Assembly (NCBI GenBank): GCA_019721075.1
Contig: JAHEAD010000013.1
Span: forward strand, 50,552-70,551
Direction: 5' to 3'
Source of the DNA: Candidatus Sysuiplasma jiujiangense
GTDB taxonomy: Archaea; Thermoplasmatota; Thermoplasmata; Sysuiplasmatales; Sysuiplasmataceae
Length of the DNA stretch: 20,000 nt
Shown here one piece after another: positions 17,912-20,000 of the stretch (the first letter of the stretch is position 1; each line of letters begins with the position of its first letter). Below the pieces are notes generated by a model that was not told where the DNA came from, ran no database searches, and saw only the letters and a program-made list of their open reading frames with translations. The translations under genes were made by a program, and so were the position numbers.

Positions 17912-18496
17912 ATGAGAATTATAGGACTCGGCGCCTTCCTGATAGGTCTTGCTTTCATGCTTGCCGCTTTCAGCGATATCTTTCTGTTTCCTGTCAATGC
18001 TCTCGCAGGCGACCTGCTGGCGATCGCAGGCGTTGCGCTTGTGATTGTTGAATCATGGGCGCTCGGAACGGAGCAGAGGCGGAACGTACTGCTTGGCATG
18101 GCACTGTATGTTTTTGCCCAGCTGCTGGGATTTCTGACCGGAGTCAGGACAGTGTCACAGTCCCTCTCCCTTTCTGTAGTCGCAGCTGGACCGTCGGCTG
18201 TCGCCGCCCCGCCGGCATCGCTTCTTGCCTTCATGGTCATGGCCATGATCGTGAATTCACTGGTTTACATGTCATTTTTCCTCTTCCTGCATCGTATTTC
18301 ATCCGGAGAGCACAGGGCACTGCTGTGGCTGGGACTCCTTGGCGGGCTTTTCATCTCGATCATAATAATTCCGCTTGGAGATATACTGAATTTCTACAGC
18401 ATAGGCGGTGTCGGAGCTGTCCTGTCAATTCTGAAAGGAATTGTCAATATAGTTTTCGGCGTATCCTACATCATTACCGGCGTCTATCTGAAATAA
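17912..18496 (+). CDS. Hypothetical integral membrane protein (about 6 TM helices)
   Basis: Alternating hydrophobic helices and short loops. ATG 17912 preferred; TTG 17885 possible. Confidence 0.75.
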   Translation: MRIIGLGAFLIGLAFMLAAFSDIFLFPVNALAGDLLAIAGVALVIVESWALGTEQRRNVLLGMALYVFAQLLGFLTGVRTVSQSLSLSVVAAGPSAVAAPPASLLAFMVMAMIVNSLVYMSFFLFLHRISSGEHRALLWLGLLGGLFISIIIIPLGDILNFYSIGGVGAVLSILKGIVNIVFGVSYIITGVYLK

Positions 18497-18775
18497 AAAA
18501 TCGTTTTGTAATTTCGAACTGAAGAAACCGCTGCCGGCCGGCGGGATGAGATCGGGCGGGGGCATTCAACCTGTGAGCCGGCTGTGCCTTAAGCTGCAGG
18601 CAGGATCTATCTGGGCAGGTGCACATAACCCACAGCGGGAGACGGGAAAACGGCACTAGTTCAGTCTATTTCGATGACCCGGATGGAAAATCTGCTGCCG
18701 CCATAAAACGTCTTCCCGCGTTGACTTTGGGCATTTGAAGGAATTAATGTGTGTCATCCGACAAAGCATTTGAAA

Positions 18776-19612
18776 TCAGCGGTTTGCCGTAATGAATTCG
18801 ATTACGTTGTTTGAGGTGTATGTTGCAATGCGTGTTGCAGAAAGCACGTTTGCATGCACTTCCGTATTGCTCAGTGCACCAAGGAGAAGCATCAGTGTTC
18901 TCAGTCCAGCCTCCGGTCCGGCCTCATTTCGTCCGGACGCCATGGATTTTATGGCTTCAACATCCATCGTGCTCAATGCCTCTCCGATGTGCTTAAGAAA
19001 GATTTCCCCTTCCGGCCATTCGTCGTGCAGCTCAAAGGAGGTAATGAGATCCATTCTGTGCAGTAGGGCACCCGTGGCAAGGATTGCAATCCTCCCGCTG
19101 TAACCATCCAGGGCGTGTGCTATCGAAATACCGGAACTGTAGTGCTCCTCAGCAGAAAGACCTGTTATTGAAAGAGGGACGACGGGAACATTCCTTTCTG
19201 GAAGCAGATAATGCAGCGGGACCCAGTGACCGTGGTCCAGCCCGCGCCCTCCGGTGAGCTCTGCCTGAAATCCATCCCTGACAAGAGAATCGGCAATCGC
19301 CTTTGCCAGCTCCGGCTCACCCGCCGCATCGTACCTGAAACTGTAAAAGTTTGGCGGAAATCCGTAATAGTCCTGAATGCAGGGAAGTTTTTTGGAGCCA
19401 TCAATCAGAAATCTGCCACCCGTGTACCAGTGAGGAGAAATTGCAATCACTGCATCCGGTTTCACTTTACGGATATTTTCAGAACATGCTTCCAGAGCTT
19501 CCACAACCTTTCTTTCCCTTTCCTCAAAGGAGTCAAAGATGCCTCTGCCCAGCGTCAGCAGGTCAGGCCCATGAGAGGAAAAAATAGCGTAGACAATTTT
19601 GCCCATACTCAT
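18776..19612 (-). CDS. Class III extradiol ring-cleavage dioxygenase (LigB/DODA/HPCD-like)
   Basis: FSSHGP, PDAVIAISPHW, DYYGFPP, GEPELA, RGLDHGHWVPL, VPVVPLS, ILATGALLH, PEAG. Confidence 0.9.
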   Translation of the reverse strand: MSMGKIVYAIFSSHGPDLLTLGRGIFDSFEERERKVVEALEACSENIRKVKPDAVIAISPHWYTGGRFLIDGSKKLPCIQDYYGFPPNFYSFRYDAAGEPELAKAIADSLVRDGFQAELTGGRGLDHGHWVPLHYLLPERNVPVVPLSITGLSAEEHYSSGISIAHALDGYSGRIAILATGALLHRMDLITSFELHDEWPEGEIFLKHIGEALSTMDVEAIKSMASGRNEAGPEAGLRTLMLLLGALSNTEVHANVLSATRIATYTSNNVIEFITANR

Positions 19613-19677
19613 CTCATCCCTGTCTCTTTACGACATGACGGAGGAAGGAATGCCGGCAGAGAGTGCCTGTTCAGCAT

Positions 19678-19706
19678 GCCGTAAATGTCTACGGCCGTAT
19701 ATATTA
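19678..19706 (-). promoter_or_regulatory. Putative TATA box plus adjacent inverted repeat upstream of the dioxygenase
   Basis: Minus-strand TAATATATAC (19706-19697) followed by a 6-6-6 inverted repeat GCCGTA-N6-TACGGC (19678-19695). Confidence 0.45.
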
Positions 19707-20000
19707 CCGGCAGTTGAAGAGCATATCAGCGGACAGCGAAATCTCAATGCCGGATGCATCGTTTCTCCCCTGGTGAGACGGAAAGTCCGGCGAACTTCAT
19801 GACGGTGTCCCGTGGCTGCGTCCTGGCTTCAGTGAAGTGTTGCGTGAGACCCGTCCCTGCGCCGGAAAGAATCTGCGTCTAATGGCAGAACAGCCCTGTC
19901 AGCTTTGGGACAAAATTACTGTTCGGTCCCTTTCAGCATTTCCGGATGTGTGTACGTGAGGTAGCAGCACTGCCTCACATTGTGCACATCCGCCTTCAGA

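Noticed and set aside
19775..19800. GGAAAGTCCGG resembling RNase P RNA conserved region I
   Set aside because: The context is GACGGAAAG rather than GAGGAAAG, and no matching P4 3' strand/CR-V was seen within the window.
1..20000. CRISPR array, integrase, intact transposase or rRNA/tRNA genes
   Set aside because: No regularly spaced repeats, catalytic motifs or RNA gene signatures seen by eye.

Overview
Archaeal genomic window, most consistent with Thermoplasmatota. The lineage call is an inference from the archaeal-type Elp3, DUF1947+PUA protein, cofactor-dependent PGM, PKD surface protein and TATA boxes about 30 nt before start codons. It holds 14 credible CDSs. In order: the 3' part of a membrane-anchored Ig/PKD surface protein, an MFS transporter, a DUF2079/GT-C-like membrane protein, an SDR, GpmA, a Cys-rich/zinc-ribbon-thioredoxin fusion, an AlaAT-like aminotransferase, two translationally coupled TPR proteins, Elp3, a double-zinc-ribbon membrane protein, a PUA RNA-binding protein, a membrane protein and a LigB-class dioxygenase. 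I found no CRISPR array, tRNA, rRNA or intact mobile element. The best candidates for undescribed biology are the TPR pair downstream of elp3 (one with a Zn ribbon and coiled coil, one with an apparently inactive Mrr-like nuclease fold) and the Zn-finger/CPHC thioredoxin fusion. All family calls are by-eye motif recognition; no searches were run.
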